From: Nemertoderma westbladi
Lineage: Eukaryota > Animalia > Xenacoelomorpha
Direction of reading: 5' to 3'
Assembly: GCA_032718475.1 (NCBI GenBank)
Contig: JAUCBJ010002579.1
Span: 5,314-69,313, forward strand
DNA length: 64,000 nucleotides
The position numbers and the translations under genes were made by a program. Positions 1-11,734 of the stretch are shown here, piece by piece. Position 1 is the stretch's first letter, and the number at the start of each line of letters is the position of its first letter. A model generated the notes under the pieces. The model worked only from the letters and a program-made list of their open reading frames with translations, did not search any database and had not been told where the DNA came from.

Positions 1-264
1 TTTGACAGACAGACAGAGATAAAGTTTCACCGCGTTTTCACAGCGCTGTACTGCTGTACTGCTGTACAGCTGTATACAGTAGGTACCTGTCAGCCTGTAT
101 TACCAGATTACGTTGTACCGTAGGGTACCTGTAATTCTGTAATTGGCTGCTTGGTACTGATTTTGGATTTTGGGCTTAACCCCAGAACCAAAACGCTCTG
201 AATTCTGAATCTCTGATTGACAAGCCCAGCATTGCAATCTCAGAGCGCTGTCACTGCGTCGCGT

Positions 265-2521
265 CCAGGCTACAAACCACCACTGAACCGCGCACAACGC
301 CTGCGCACAATTTCTCACCCACGCAATATTGGACAATATACCGCGCATGCACCGAAAAACACGCGCACACCTCATTTTAACAAAAAAAAAAACGAAAAAC
401 TAACGCGAGCGAAGCGAGCCAAATGTTTTCATTAACAATGCAAAATGTAAAAGATACGCGAGCAAAACTTAAAGTGAGCGAAATTTAGACATTTGAGAAA
501 TCTGACAATGCAAAATATGAAAATGCAAAGAAACGCGAGCGAAGCGAGCGAAATTTTTTGTGGCAAATTATTTTTCTTACTTTGCATGGATGAACAGCCA
601 TTCCAAGCAAAAGTAAACCTTTTGGTAAAAAATGAAAGTACTTAGAAATGCATTTATTTTGTATTGAGTGTGTAGCACACATATTGTGCTTCATAAAACT
701 GTTTTCAAATATTCCATAATCCTCGCCAATTTTTTTTTACAGCCTCCTCAAAATGTGATTTAAAAAATGCCAAAAATTCAACATTTTTGGCATTTATTAC
801 ATACAAACTAAAATGGCATGATCATTACCAAACTGACAATGTCATATGTTTTTCAGAATCTTATATCTATGTAGTATTTAGCCATGTCGGTTAAATAATG
901 TACAACTAATAAATATTTTTCTAATAGCATTGTAATGAGTGGATGGAAAATATGTCACGACCGTTACGCTGAAGAACAAGTTTTTCCATTATCTCCAGAT
1001 CCCCGGCAGTAATGGTTATAATCTTTTATATCTATCGTTAGGTGGTTCGTATCAATTGTTTGAGTCATATGGTTTAACTTGACTATATGTTCCAGTTGTA
1101 GTAATCAGCGTAACGGTCGTGACATTAACATGTGGGAAATGGGAATATTAGCATAGCATGTATAATTCAAGGAACGAAAGGTCGTCTTTTTTACTCTCCA
1201 TTATTTAGATTACATTTTGGAATATGATTCCACACAAAGTGATAATTGTAATATTGGGTGTACAAAGGTTTCTTCTTAACCTATAATGTGCCATAACAGC
1301 ACTTATGAGTATGACTGTAACGGTTGTGACACAAACCTTAGGAATCATTATTATACAGTATAAATTAATTTGTATCATTTATGATACCACTGCTGCAGTG
1401 GGATGTAATTATAATTGTACTGTAATCAGGTAGTACACATACTGACATAATAACCAAAACATCAGTACAATACTTCATAGAACAGTAGAACGTATGTATG
1501 CTTTGCAATAAGCACCATTCCTACAATTCTACTTGTTTCAACTAATTTTAAAAATGCTGGTTACTTGCACTTTTCATTTTAGCACCAAAAATGGTAGGTC
1601 AGTAGGTGCGTTCAACTGCGGAATTTAAAAAGCCTTCCATTGAAATCGGCGTACCAGAAAACCGATATGTAATTGAAATAAATACCATTCCTAGAATTCT
1701 TATTGTTTTCACTAATTTGAAAAAAGCTGGTTACTTGCATTTTTCATTTTAGCACCAAAAATGGTAGATGTGTTCAATTGCGGAATGTAAAAAGCCTTCC
1801 ATTAAAATCAGCGTACAAGAAAACCTGCCTGAAATCGATATCAATACCTAACTCTAATACCTTACCATTTTTTGAAATTCAGATTTATGTGAAAATCGAT
1901 AATGTCACAACCGTTACGAAACTATGTCACGACCGTTACGCTGGTTAATTGATTGCCACATTCTCTAATGATACTATATTGCCATACTGTTAATTTTATT
2001 TTAAACTCTATCTATTAGCATGATAGTCTGACATAAGTAACGCTAAATAAATACAGTAAATTCGATAGAAATTTATAATGTGTAGGAGTCTCTAAAAAGC
2101 TTGTCCATTTCAGTCACGACCGTTACGCCAACTTTAAACTGGAATACAATCAATAAAACGTAATGTATTCCAGTGCGGTTTCGATTTTATTAAAGGTCCA
2201 TATCTTAGGATCATATCATAGTAATATCTTTTCAATATCATTCTTCCATGTGCCCTTAAAATACTCATTAATACCGGAAACCCATGCGGAATGTCACGAC
2301 CGTTACGCTGGAATGGCTGTGAAAAACTTTTTTACACCTCATCCGCCTGTCCCAGTGTCCGCGCACTTTGACTTTTGATATTTTGCACAGATTACTGCGC
2401 ACTTTTATTGTCTTTCACATAATTTCGCGCACTTTTATTTCAATTCCGCGCGCTTTTACCGCGCACTATTTCAAATACGCGCACAACGCGTTGCGATTTT
2501 TGCACTTCATTTGCAGCCTGG
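265..2521. mobile_element. Non-autonomous TIR DNA transposon with 8-bp TSD (superfamily unassigned), containing a nested element
   Basis: Termini CCAGGCTACAAA (265) and TTTGCAGCCTGG (2521); flanks CGTCGCGT/CGTCGCAT (7/8 match); GCGCAC subterminal motifs at both ends; internal GCGAGCGAAGCGAGC motifs. Confidence 0.6.
595..2319. mobile_element. Nested non-autonomous DNA transposon with 4-bp TSD (Sola-like, tentative)
   Basis: TIR CAGCCATTCCA (595) / TGGAATGGCTG (2319), both flanked by TGAA; about 7 dispersed GTCAC(G/A)ACCGTTAC motifs in both orientations; internal ~170-bp direct duplication (1516-1830). Confidence 0.55.
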
Positions 2522-2629
2522 CGTCGCATAGCTGCATAGTGTATCTGTGAACCGGCAGACCGGGCTTTACTGTATTATCAATTAGGCATACTTTCCGTTA
2601 ACCGTCTGACCGTTGACCATTTCATATAA

Positions 2630-3226
2630 ATGTCTGTCCTCGATTTCGCGAGCGCTCCGAACTTACCAAAATCAGTTCCGATCATCAACCGCTTCGAACC
2701 ATCGAGACTAAATAAACTAATTCAGCGAGTTTGTCAGGCCGTGTCGGAACGTAAGGACCACGTCTTTACAGCAGACGAGACAAGTAAACTCGGCGCAGCT
2801 CTGGAACTGAGTGAAGACGAGGTTAGAATACTACTGGCCTCGCTGCGTTACATTATAGAGCGGTCTGCCTTCCACATAGTAAAACCAAAAACTCTATGCG
2901 AAGAACTCAGTAAGTTGGGATTGGACGAAGACAAAGTTGTGGTTATATCAGAAGCTTGGAAAGATTCCGCTAAAGGCATAGTAGAAGTTCTGCGGAAAGA
3001 AACTTCGGTTCCTAAAGTCCTCGAATCTGTCAATTCTTCGCTTTCGGTTACCGCAGCCCAGAGCTGCGCTCAACAGGCCAACGAACCGCGAGCGCTTATC
3101 GAACTCGGAATAAAAGATAATCTCGGCGAAACTGATAAACTTCTACTCGAGTTTAACACGGATGAGTTGTACTCGTTCTATGCGAAACTCGAGATTATAC
3201 AGAGCCAGTTGGACGGGTTACAGTGA
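2630..3226 (+). CDS. COMMD10: COMM domain-containing protein 10, uninterrupted ORF, 198 aa
   Basis: Colinear with COMMD10 as recalled: SVPIINRF, IIERSAFHIVKP, C-terminal COMM domain EPRALIELG...KLLLEFNTDELYSFYAKLEIIQSQLDGL; length matches. Confidence 0.92.
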   Translation: MSVLDFASAPNLPKSVPIINRFEPSRLNKLIQRVCQAVSERKDHVFTADETSKLGAALELSEDEVRILLASLRYIIERSAFHIVKPKTLCEELSKLGLDEDKVVVISEAWKDSAKGIVEVLRKETSVPKVLESVNSSLSVTAAQSCAQQANEPRALIELGIKDNLGETDKLLLEFNTDELYSFYAKLEIIQSQLDGLQ

Positions 3227-3234
3227 AGCGCGAA

Positions 3235-3966
3235 ATGGAGGTGAAGAAATATGAGAGTGTTCTAGAACGCTGTGGAGTTTCGGGGTTACTAGAAGGCGGG
3301 TTTAACTCGGTGCTTCACAACCATCCGGACGACCCGATTGGTTACCTAGCAACCTACTTCGATACGGTGGCGAGGCCGCGTGCCGACCCACTCGCCAACG
3401 CCGTCGCTCTACTCAACTCCACCTCGATTCGCGATATGCCGTCGTTCGAATTGAACCTACACGAGTGTTTCAGAGAGTTAACTCATCAGCCAATCAACGG
3501 GTCGCATCAATCCTCTCAACCAATCAGCTCGTTGGGTTTACCCGGGCTTCTCTTCGCCTCCTTACTGCGGCGTCTACTAGCCGATGTGGCTTCCGTATTC
3601 TCCGGGAAACTTCTGCGGTCTCTGAACCTCCGGGATTGGCAACCAGTCTCCTATATGTTGTTCCGGCACGGGGTTGTATCGAGTTTACTGTTGGTCGAGT
3701 ACGTGGATCGTTGCCGGGAGATACACACGGGGGTTAGCGGAGCTGAAGGCGGTGCTAGTAGGGGCGTTCTAGAACGGATTATTAACGAGTTCGCTATTGC
3801 CGTGTCGTACCGAGGGTCTCTCGCCGAGCTGCATTCGATGCAATCCTTAGATCGCCACCGGATTGGGTCTCTGATGTCCGCCGGTGTCGAGGAAACCTCA
3901 CCCAATATGGACTTTGTTGAATTTACTTCCAGATTAATTGACGTTTTGCTTAATAAGAATAAATGA
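3235..3966 (+). CDS. TPGS1: Tubulin polyglutamylase complex subunit 1, uninterrupted ORF; ATG at 3235 preferred over GTG 3223
   Basis: N-terminal RIIa/DPY30-like motif GVSGLL..VL..HPDDPIGYLATYF, then FELNL, GL.G..F..LLRRL, PVSYMLFRHGV, MDFVEF, all colinear with TPGS1 as recalled. Confidence 0.85.
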   Translation: MEVKKYESVLERCGVSGLLEGGFNSVLHNHPDDPIGYLATYFDTVARPRADPLANAVALLNSTSIRDMPSFELNLHECFRELTHQPINGSHQSSQPISSLGLPGLLFASLLRRLLADVASVFSGKLLRSLNLRDWQPVSYMLFRHGVVSSLLLVEYVDRCREIHTGVSGAEGGASRGVLERIINEFAIAVSYRGSLAELHSMQSLDRHRIGSLMSAGVEETSPNMDFVEFTSRLIDVLLNKNK

Positions 3967-4794
3967 TTCCATTCCTACCGCTCTATATACTAAACAGTGC
4001 GGAAAATAATCGGTTTTCACTAAATCTTAACAGGAAAATAACTAAAATATTACCTTTCCACTAAATATATTAAGCATCACTAAAAAATCTATATTTTATA
4101 ACAAAATAAGGGAAATGAGCGGAGAAGGTTATAGTGGCACGTTAATCTAATCAAAACAATAAAGAAACGAGAACAAATTCAATAGAACAGATTAGTACTG
4201 TGATTTTTATGATAAAAAAATATTTTAGTGATAATTAATATATGTTAGTGGAGGAATATATGTATTTTGTTGAAACAAAATAGAGAAACAACATTTAATT
4301 TAGTGGAAAAATAAATTGTTTCGGTCGCCACAAGACATACTAAAGCTTAACAAATAGTGGCCAATAAAATTAATGAGTTTTTTATTATTATGTGCGAATG
4401 CGATATTTCAATTTAATTGATTCAATAGATTATTTTGCTTACTTTTTTGTATTTTTAATTATATGATTATTACAATAATAATTAATTACACAATTATAAG
4501 ATAATATAATATTATGAATCCATTCCTTGGCCCAAAAAAACAGTAATAATTAGTTTGGGAATACTTTGGTCTGCTTTTAATATTACGATGTGGTACTAAT
4601 GTGGGTAAATTGTACTCATTTACATAGGGAACCCAGATAGTTGCAGACTTTCGCCGCAATCGAAATTATTTCCATCTCCAGGGGGGGGGGGGGGGGGGGG
4701 GGGAATCGACGCAAATAACAGCGGTTTACTCTTAGAAATAAAACTGTATAAAACTGATTTCCAGTGCAGTCCCCCCAGAACTTTGCTCTCCAGA

Positions 4795-4975
4795 GTAAAC
4801 TCCAGTACTCATTTATCTACCACTTGAGGATGCAAGGCAGAGATGCGCCCTGGCTGGTCCCTTCAAAGCATTCGTGCCGAAACGAATAATACTACCCTGG
4901 CGCATGCGAGGATCGAACCCACGACCTCCAAGAGATGTGAATTCAATGCGACCACTACGACCACGCCAAGGTGGG
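4795..4975 (-). mobile_element. tRNA-derived SINE with Deu/Nin-like core
   Basis: Minus-strand A box TGGTCGTAGTGG and B box GGTTCGATCC, followed by GCCTTGCATCCTCAAGTGGTAGATAAATGAGTAC; second copy at 24851-25015. Confidence 0.65.
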
Positions 4976-6304
4976 GCCACCAAGATGGGATTTGCGTTAA
5001 GCCCCCCCCCCCCCCCCCCCCCGTGTCACAGATTTTTTACTATTTTTTTTATTTCCTCTGGATTGAAGTTGAAGCCGTGAAAAATTAATCTTCTCAAACA
5101 CACGAATAAATAAAATAATAGTGGATAAACCCAATACCACCGGTACTTTACCAGAAAAATAATGTCCAACCATGACCTACTATAGATACGACCCGCCAAG
5201 CTGCTGCAAAGCCCCTTAATTTAGTGGGCCAGTTATTTCTCTTAGATAGAACCCCTGAAACAATCGGTCTAGTGTGTCGATGTCGAATGTACTTGTCCCT
5301 AAGACCCTAACTAAAATTATGTCATACAAATTTAAAGAGCTGCCGTTCAATGTGAAAAGACCACACCACAAGTCACAAAAAGTCATTTCGAGTAAAACGC
5401 AAATTACTGTTTGCCATCATATTGTTGGTATAAAATGTCCGTAAATTACTAGTTTTTTTTTATAACGCTACGCAATTTTACTACCTGACTATTTTTCACT
5501 TTCCATTAATATTTTTACATCAGGATTATTTTTTGTAGTTTTGTGTTTTTGCCTTGTACTGTACAACCTGTATGTAATTACATTCGATACAATGCAAAAA
5601 CAAATGTCACAATGACAAAACAACGCAAGTCTATCAGTTGCGGTGTTTTTGCATTGTGTAAATTTAATGCACTCATTAAAGCAGGGGGGGGGGGGGGGTG
5701 CAACACCCCCCCTGTGTTTTTTTAAATTTGTAAATAACTTGGAAGAGGTTGCATAAACAAAAAAAACTTGGGAACGGGGAAATATTATGAAATAGAAAAA
5801 AACTGCCCGAAATTTATCGAAGCTTAAGAAATTACCAATCCATATGGAGCGAAAATAATAAAAAACGGGTTAAGAATTGGCAGAGTAGTGTTCGTTTGCG
5901 TGAAAAATTATCTTTTCAAGAAAATTGTCTTCAAAGTTTAAATCTTCCCGCTCAAAACTGTCCGTATGGGGTCTGGTTGGTTAATAAGTCTGGCATGAAG
6001 GAAGTCCACCACAGAGCTATACTTTTCGTTATGGCGGTTTACGAAGTCCGTGATTTAATTTCCCTGCCTATTGGTCTGGCTCTGGCTGTCTGTCTAAACT
6101 TACATTTTGACGGTCTGACCGGTAGACATGGAGAGACAGTGATAACTCGAAAACTAAATGCGATCTCGCTTAGAGCACTTAAAGAAGGAATTATCATACT
6201 AAACAGTTAGGGTAGAGTTGGTTCACCTCATGTGACTAATGGAATTATTAACAACCTGTTAAATTACTTAAGCTTTCTCCCATCAGGGTTTCTTCAGGTA
6301 ATTA

Positions 6305-8125
6305 ATGAAAATGGATACAAACAGATCTCGCCAATACATGTTCAGGGTAGCATTCATACATTATGATAAAACTACGCAAGACAAAAATTTCAATAAAACC
6401 GTATGTACGTTTTCTTATGGGCACCTGGACAGTATCCTTCTTATTCCCAAGATCATGGATGGTCTGTCAACTATGCGGGAGAATCTACGGACACTGGAGA
6501 AAAAGGTGGACGTTACACACAGAGTACATCTAAGGCGCATAGTGGATAACGAGAGGCAGTGGGGACGCCGGAACCTTATCGTAATGAACATTAAAGAATC
6601 ACGTAACGAGGATTTAAAGCAGGTTGCTCATAACTTTTTGAGAAAAGATCTCGGGATCACGGAGCGACTAGGTGTTGATCGTGTTTCGAGGCAAGGTATG
6701 TTCAAGCGCGGTTCCACCCGGCCTATAAAAATTGAATTTACAAATATGACTGACAAATATACAGCATTGGACGCCAAGGAGCAACTAATTGGCTCAGAGT
6801 ATCGAATGGTGGATGATTACCCCCCTGAACTGAGATCACAGAGAGCAATTCTTTTCCGCTTATCCAGAGAAGCTAAAGAGATGGGGCTTATTGCACGAGT
6901 ATCAGGTAACGTTTTGAAACTGACTAATTTTTCAGTTAGTGGTTGGGACATAATCGATTCTCCTAATATTAATATCAGGACACTGCTCGACAGGCACTCC
7001 CCTGGACGAGCACGGGAGCCATCCCATCCCGATAGGAATCTATACAGGTCGCATGAGCAGGTTTCGAGAGGTCTGGACATCCATCCTAATACAAGATTTC
7101 GATACCAGGTAAACCTGCCAACCAGTGGGGGTGAACAACTGGGAAGCAATGAGGTTGAGGAATATGATAGGAGACGAGCGGATGAGAGAAATCCGTGGGA
7201 GACAGAACGGCGGCAGGAAGAGTGGAAGCGTGGAGAGGAAGAGCGACGGCGGGCGGAGGGACGGAAGCGTGGAGAGGAAGAACGATGGCGGGCGGAGGAA
7301 CGGAAGCGTGAAGAGGAAGAGCGACGGTGGGCGGAGGAACAGAAGCGTGGAGAGGAAGAGCGACGGCGGGCGGAGGAACGGAAGCGAGGAGAGGAAAAGC
7401 GAGGGCGGGCGGAGGAACTGAAGCGTAGAGAGGAAGAGCGACGGCGGGCAGAGGAACGGAAGCGTGGAGAGGAGGAGCGACGGCGGGCAGAGGAACGGAA
7501 GCGTGGAGAGGAGGAGCGACGGTGGGCGGAGGGACGGAAGCGTGGAGAGGAAGAACGATGGCGGGCGGAGGAACGGAAGCGTGAAGAGGAAGAGCGACGG
7601 TGGGCGGAGGAACGGAAGCGTAGAGAGGAAGAGCGACGGCGGGCGGAGGAACGGAAGCGTAGAGAGGAAGAGCGACGGCGGGCGGAGGAACTGAAGCGTA
7701 GAGAGGAAGAGCGACGGCGGGCAGAGGAACGGAAGCGTGGAGAGGAGGAGCGACGGCGGGCAGAGGAACGGAAGCGTGGAGAGGAGGAGCGACGGTGGGC
7801 GGAAGAACAGAAGCGTGGAGAGGAAGAGCGACGGCGGGCGGAGGAACGGAAGCATGGAGAGGAAGAGCGACGGCGGGTGGAGGGGCCACAATTGGGTTGC
7901 CCAGATGCAGCTCAGGCCTCGCCTATTGGTTCTGAGCTGCAGTCAGCCCCAAATCGGGAAGGTATGGCTGAGTTGGTATCAGACCGAGTGGGGGTTGACT
8001 CTGTGGATCCTCAGCACACCCCGGTAATAATTATACAGCGGGGTACAGGCGGAGATGATCAGACTTGGCGAATCCGGGAAAGTGCGGGGGATTTCCAGCC
8101 CGAACAGGAAACTCAAACAGGCTGA
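6305..8125 (+). CDS. LINE ORF1 (coiled coil + L1TD1/Transposase_22-like RRM) with long E/R/K repeat insert
   Basis: RRNLIVMNIKE...RVSRQG...RPIKIEF...DDYPPELRSQR is typical of L1-type ORF1; directly upstream of ORF2; true start may be a downstream Met (~6455). Confidence 0.75.
   Translation: MKMDTNRSRQYMFRVAFIHYDKTTQDKNFNKTVCTFSYGHLDSILLIPKIMDGLSTMRENLRTLEKKVDVTHRVHLRRIVDNERQWGRRNLIVMNIKESRNEDLKQVAHNFLRKDLGITERLGVDRVSRQGMFKRGSTRPIKIEFTNMTDKYTALDAKEQLIGSEYRMVDDYPPELRSQRAILFRLSREAKEMGLIARVSGNVLKLTNFSVSGWDIIDSPNINIRTLLDRHSPGRAREPSHPDRNLYRSHEQVSRGLDIHPNTRFRYQVNLPTSGGEQLGSNEVEEYDRRRADERNPWETERRQEEWKRGEEERRRAEGRKRGEEERWRAEERKREEEERRWAEEQKRGEEERRRAEERKRGEEKRGRAEELKRREEERRRAEERKRGEEERRRAEERKRGEEERRWAEGRKRGEEERWRAEERKREEEERRWAEERKRREEERRRAEERKRREEERRRAEELKRREEERRRAEERKRGEEERRRAEERKRGEEERRWAEEQKRGEEERRRAEERKHGEEERRRVEGPQLGCPDAAQASPIGSELQSAPNREGMAELVSDRVGVDSVDPQHTPVIIIQRGTGGDDQTWRIRESAGDFQPEQETQTG
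7225..7880 (+). repeat. Coding 39-bp tandem repeat (~17 units, EEERRRAEERKRG)
   Basis: GAGGAAGAGCGACGGCGGGCGGAGGAACGGAAGCGTGGA units; variant pattern recurs at 273 bp (7 units). Confidence 0.95.
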
Positions 8126-8172
8126 ACCCAGAACTAAAAGTTGAGCCGCCAAAAGCAGGGACTGATAAAAAT

Positions 8173-11100
8173 ATGCTGAAGGTTGGCTTGCTAAACATAG
8201 AAGGTATAAATACGGCGATTGCCGATCCCTACTTCTGTCAAACAATTAAAAAACATAACATTTTCGTTTGTGTGGAAACTTGGCAGGCCCCAAACAATCC
8301 TCGTGATATTGGCATTGGGGGATATAAGGATTTTAGTGTTTGTAGGAAATATAAACATAGATATGCTAAAAGATACAGTGGGGGTGTAACTGTTTATATA
8401 TCTGAAGCGCTCGGTAATGAAGTTGTGATTCTGAATAACGTGACAAGTGAAGATTTATTATGGCTTAAATTTGTAGGTAAACCGAACTCAAGAATACATA
8501 AGGATTTAATTATCTGTGCTGCGTATATTCCACCTCATAATTCTCCTAGCTATTTTAATGATTCTGGTTGTTTGTTTGATAAAATTCTAGAAGGTGTTTC
8601 TTTATACCAGAATGTTGATACTACTGATTTTTTAATAGTTGGAGATTTAAATGCAAGAACTGGTGTGCTATTAGATTATGTCTGTCATGATTCTTTGTTT
8701 ACTGGTTTTAATGATTTATTACCCGATGAATACGTTTTTGATGATAATGATTGGCCAAATGATACTAAGATCCGTTCCAATAGGGATTCGATTACTAACA
8801 GACATGGTGAGAAATTGATTTCTCTCTGTCGGTCTAGCAACTTAAAGATATTAAATGGTCGTGTGGGAGCGGATAAGGGTGTGGGTAACTTTACATATTA
8901 TAGTGACGGAGGGAGGCATGGGGTTCGTAAGTCTACAATAGATTACTTTTTGGGTAATATTTCAATGATCACGGCCTGCAAATATTTTAGTATAGGCGAC
9001 CCCAACAGTTTATCGCCTCATTGTACCGTATCAGCCGCTTTCAACATTAGTGGCAGTGAATATTTCTGTTGCAGTGAATCTTATGATAATAGAACCAATG
9101 TTACTGCTGGTAAGTTAGCCAATAGCCGAAAATACAAATTTCTGCAAACAAAAAGTGGGGACTTTAGAGATGCATTAAACTCAGAAGCAACACAGCTGGA
9201 ATTTGACAAGGTGTTGGACAATGTCTTATGTATGGAACCGCTTACCTGCAGTAAGGTTGATGCTGCCGTAACGGGGTTTACCGATATTTTAAGTAATGTA
9301 GCCGATATTTATTTTAAAGTTGATAATAATGGTGTTTACCGTGCCTGTAATAATGCCCCTTGGTTTAATGAAAACTGTGCGGTAGCTAGAGATGCCTTTA
9401 GGCAGGCACTGGGAAGCTTTAAGAATAAGGGTGATGCAACGTCGAACGCTGCTATGGTGAAAATGAGGACCCAATACAGGAAGGTACTTCGTAAAGCTCG
9501 TTTTGACTTTAATTGTGGGAGGTCGGACAAGTTGCGGAAATTTAAAATTGTAGACTCAAAAAAATTCTGGAAACTATTAAGGCAGAGTTGCCATGGTTCA
9601 AGTAGCCCACAGCAATCTCCAATAAGTGCGGAGGTATTTGCGTCCCATTTTAGGGCGCTGAATGAGGAAGGATCGAACTTTGAGGATATGGACGTTGTTG
9701 GGCTGCCTCCTAATAATAATAATAATGACTTTGCTTTAGCCAAACATATTTTTGAAAATTATATCTGTACGCCTTTGGAGGAGGAGGAGGTTGCCACGAC
9801 TATCAATAGGTTACGTAGTAATAAAACACCGGGTTTTGATGGTATTTTAAACGAATTTTTCATAGTGGGGGCGGAAACTTTAGTCCCAGTTGTTACGAGC
9901 ATATTTAATGCAGCCCTCCATTGTGGTTATTTCCCAGACAGTTGGACTACTGGTATAATCACACCCATCTACAAAAATAAAGGTACAAGGTTAGACTCTA
10001 ACAACTATAGAGGTATAACTTTGTTAAGTGCATTTGGTAAATTATTTACGCTTATATTAAACGGACGACTCCAATGGTGGGCTGAGGGGTTTGCGATAAT
10101 AATTGAAGCTCAAGCTGGGTTTCGAGGTGGTCGTTCTACAGTAGATCAGATTTTTATTTTGAAAACAATTATTGATAATTTTATAGGTAAACGTGTTAAG
10201 ATTTATTGTGCATTTATTGACCTAAGAAAAGCGTTTGATTGTGTAGATAGAAGTGCTTTATGGGTAAAATTAACGAGGCTTGGTTTTTCAGGAAAAGTCT
10301 TTAATGTAATAAAAAGTATGTACAGTGCAGTTAAATCACGAGTACGTGTAGATGGGGAACTTTCTGGTGAGTTTATATGTTGGTTGGGCGTGAGGCAGGG
10401 CGAATGTCTTAGTCCATTGTTATTTAATCTATTTTTAAATGATTTAGAATCTGAATTGGCTGCAAATGGTATTCAAGGTATCTCAATTGGCACATTTAAA
10501 CTTTTAATGTTGTTGTATGCCGATGACATTGTGCTGATGGCAAACTCAGTTAATGATTTACAACATGCATTTGATATATTGGGTAGTTATTGTGATTATT
10601 GGTCTCTTACGGTTAACCTTGACAAATCTAACGTTGTTGTATTTAGGAAAGGGGGACAAGTGGCCTCCCATGAAAAATGGAAATATAAGGGTCATAATGT
10701 TAAAGTGGTGTGCGAATATATGTATCTGGGAGTATTATTTACTTGTGGGGGCAGCTTTGCCTGCGCTCAGAAAAATCTGGCTAACAAAGGGGAAAAAGCT
10801 AATTTTTCGTTAACAAAGTATTTGGCTAATTTTCCCACCACGGATTTCATTACGGCTTGTGATTTGTTTAATGCATTAGTTAAGCCAATTTTGACATATG
10901 GTTGCGAAGTTTGGGGTTTTTGTTCATCAGTTGATACAGAACGTGTCTTATTAAAATTCCTAAAGAACCGCCTTGGAGTGAAGGTAACAACCCCAAACTT
11001 CATGGTTTACGGTGAATCTGGCATTTTTCCGCTAGAAATTGAAAGATACTGTAGGATTATAAAGTATTGGTTAAAGTTACTAAGGTGCAATGACACTAGA

Positions 11101-11734
11101 TTAGTTAAACAGGCCTATATTTTGCAATTGAACGAACTAAATACTGGTAGAACAGGGGATGGTGGAAATTGGGCTATCTCGGTGCGTAATTTACTAAATA
11201 ATCTGGGATTTACTTGGGCGTGGGAAAGACCCGGGGACATAATTAAATGAGAGGAAATTCATTCTAAATGTTCGTGAACGATTATATGCACAGTTCGTAC
11301 AGGGTTGGTGGGGTGCCATCGAGCGGTCGCCGAAGGGTATGCTCTATAGCAAAAGGGATTTCAGTTTGGAGAATAACCTATCTATGTTGAGAGGTCACGC
11401 AGGTCTTAGTAGGTTGATTTCCAGGTTCAGGTGTTCGTCACATGCACTTCTGATCGAGAGCGGCCGGTGGTATAAAATACCCAGGGAATCGAGAATATGC
11501 CCGGTTTGTAATAAAAATGATATAGAGGATGAATATCATTTTTTGTTGGTGTGTGATGGTTATCGAGATCTGCGCATGAAGTACTTCTCTGGGCGCTACA
11601 ATGTGAATCCTACTATATTGAAATACCATGAGCTAATGGGGGCAACTACCAGGGAAAAACTACTAAAGTTAGGTCGTTACCTTAACGAGGCTTTTCGCGT
11701 TAGGGAGAACATTATGCAATGTCGTTCCATATAA
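8173..11734 (+). CDS. LINE ORF2: AP endonuclease, reverse transcriptase, C-terminal Cys/His finger; one +1 frameshift at ~11246
   Basis: LNIEG, VETW, GDLNAR, IDY (APE); QAGFR, DLRKAFD, GVRQG, YADD (RT); removing one A from ATTAAATGA joins 8065..11250 to 11339..11734 (RCSSH.L.IESGRW...C..C...EDEYHFLLVC). Confidence 0.9.

Noticed and set aside
3223-3226. Bacterial-style GTGA stop/start overlap
   Set aside because: Both genes are eukaryote-specific; the in-frame ATG at 3235 in strong Kozak context is the better start
4681-4703. Long G/C homopolymers as functional G-quadruplex elements (also ~5002, 42074, 52685, 53562, 63160)
   Set aside because: Run lengths are unreliable in assemblies and nothing else supports a function
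4900-4975. tRNA gene
   Set aside because: A and B boxes are present but there is no convincing cloverleaf, and the sequence continues into a SINE body found twice
7040-7891. Pro/Leu-rich minus-strand ORFs (283 and 267 aa)
   Set aside because: Shadow frames of the purine-rich ORF1 repeat
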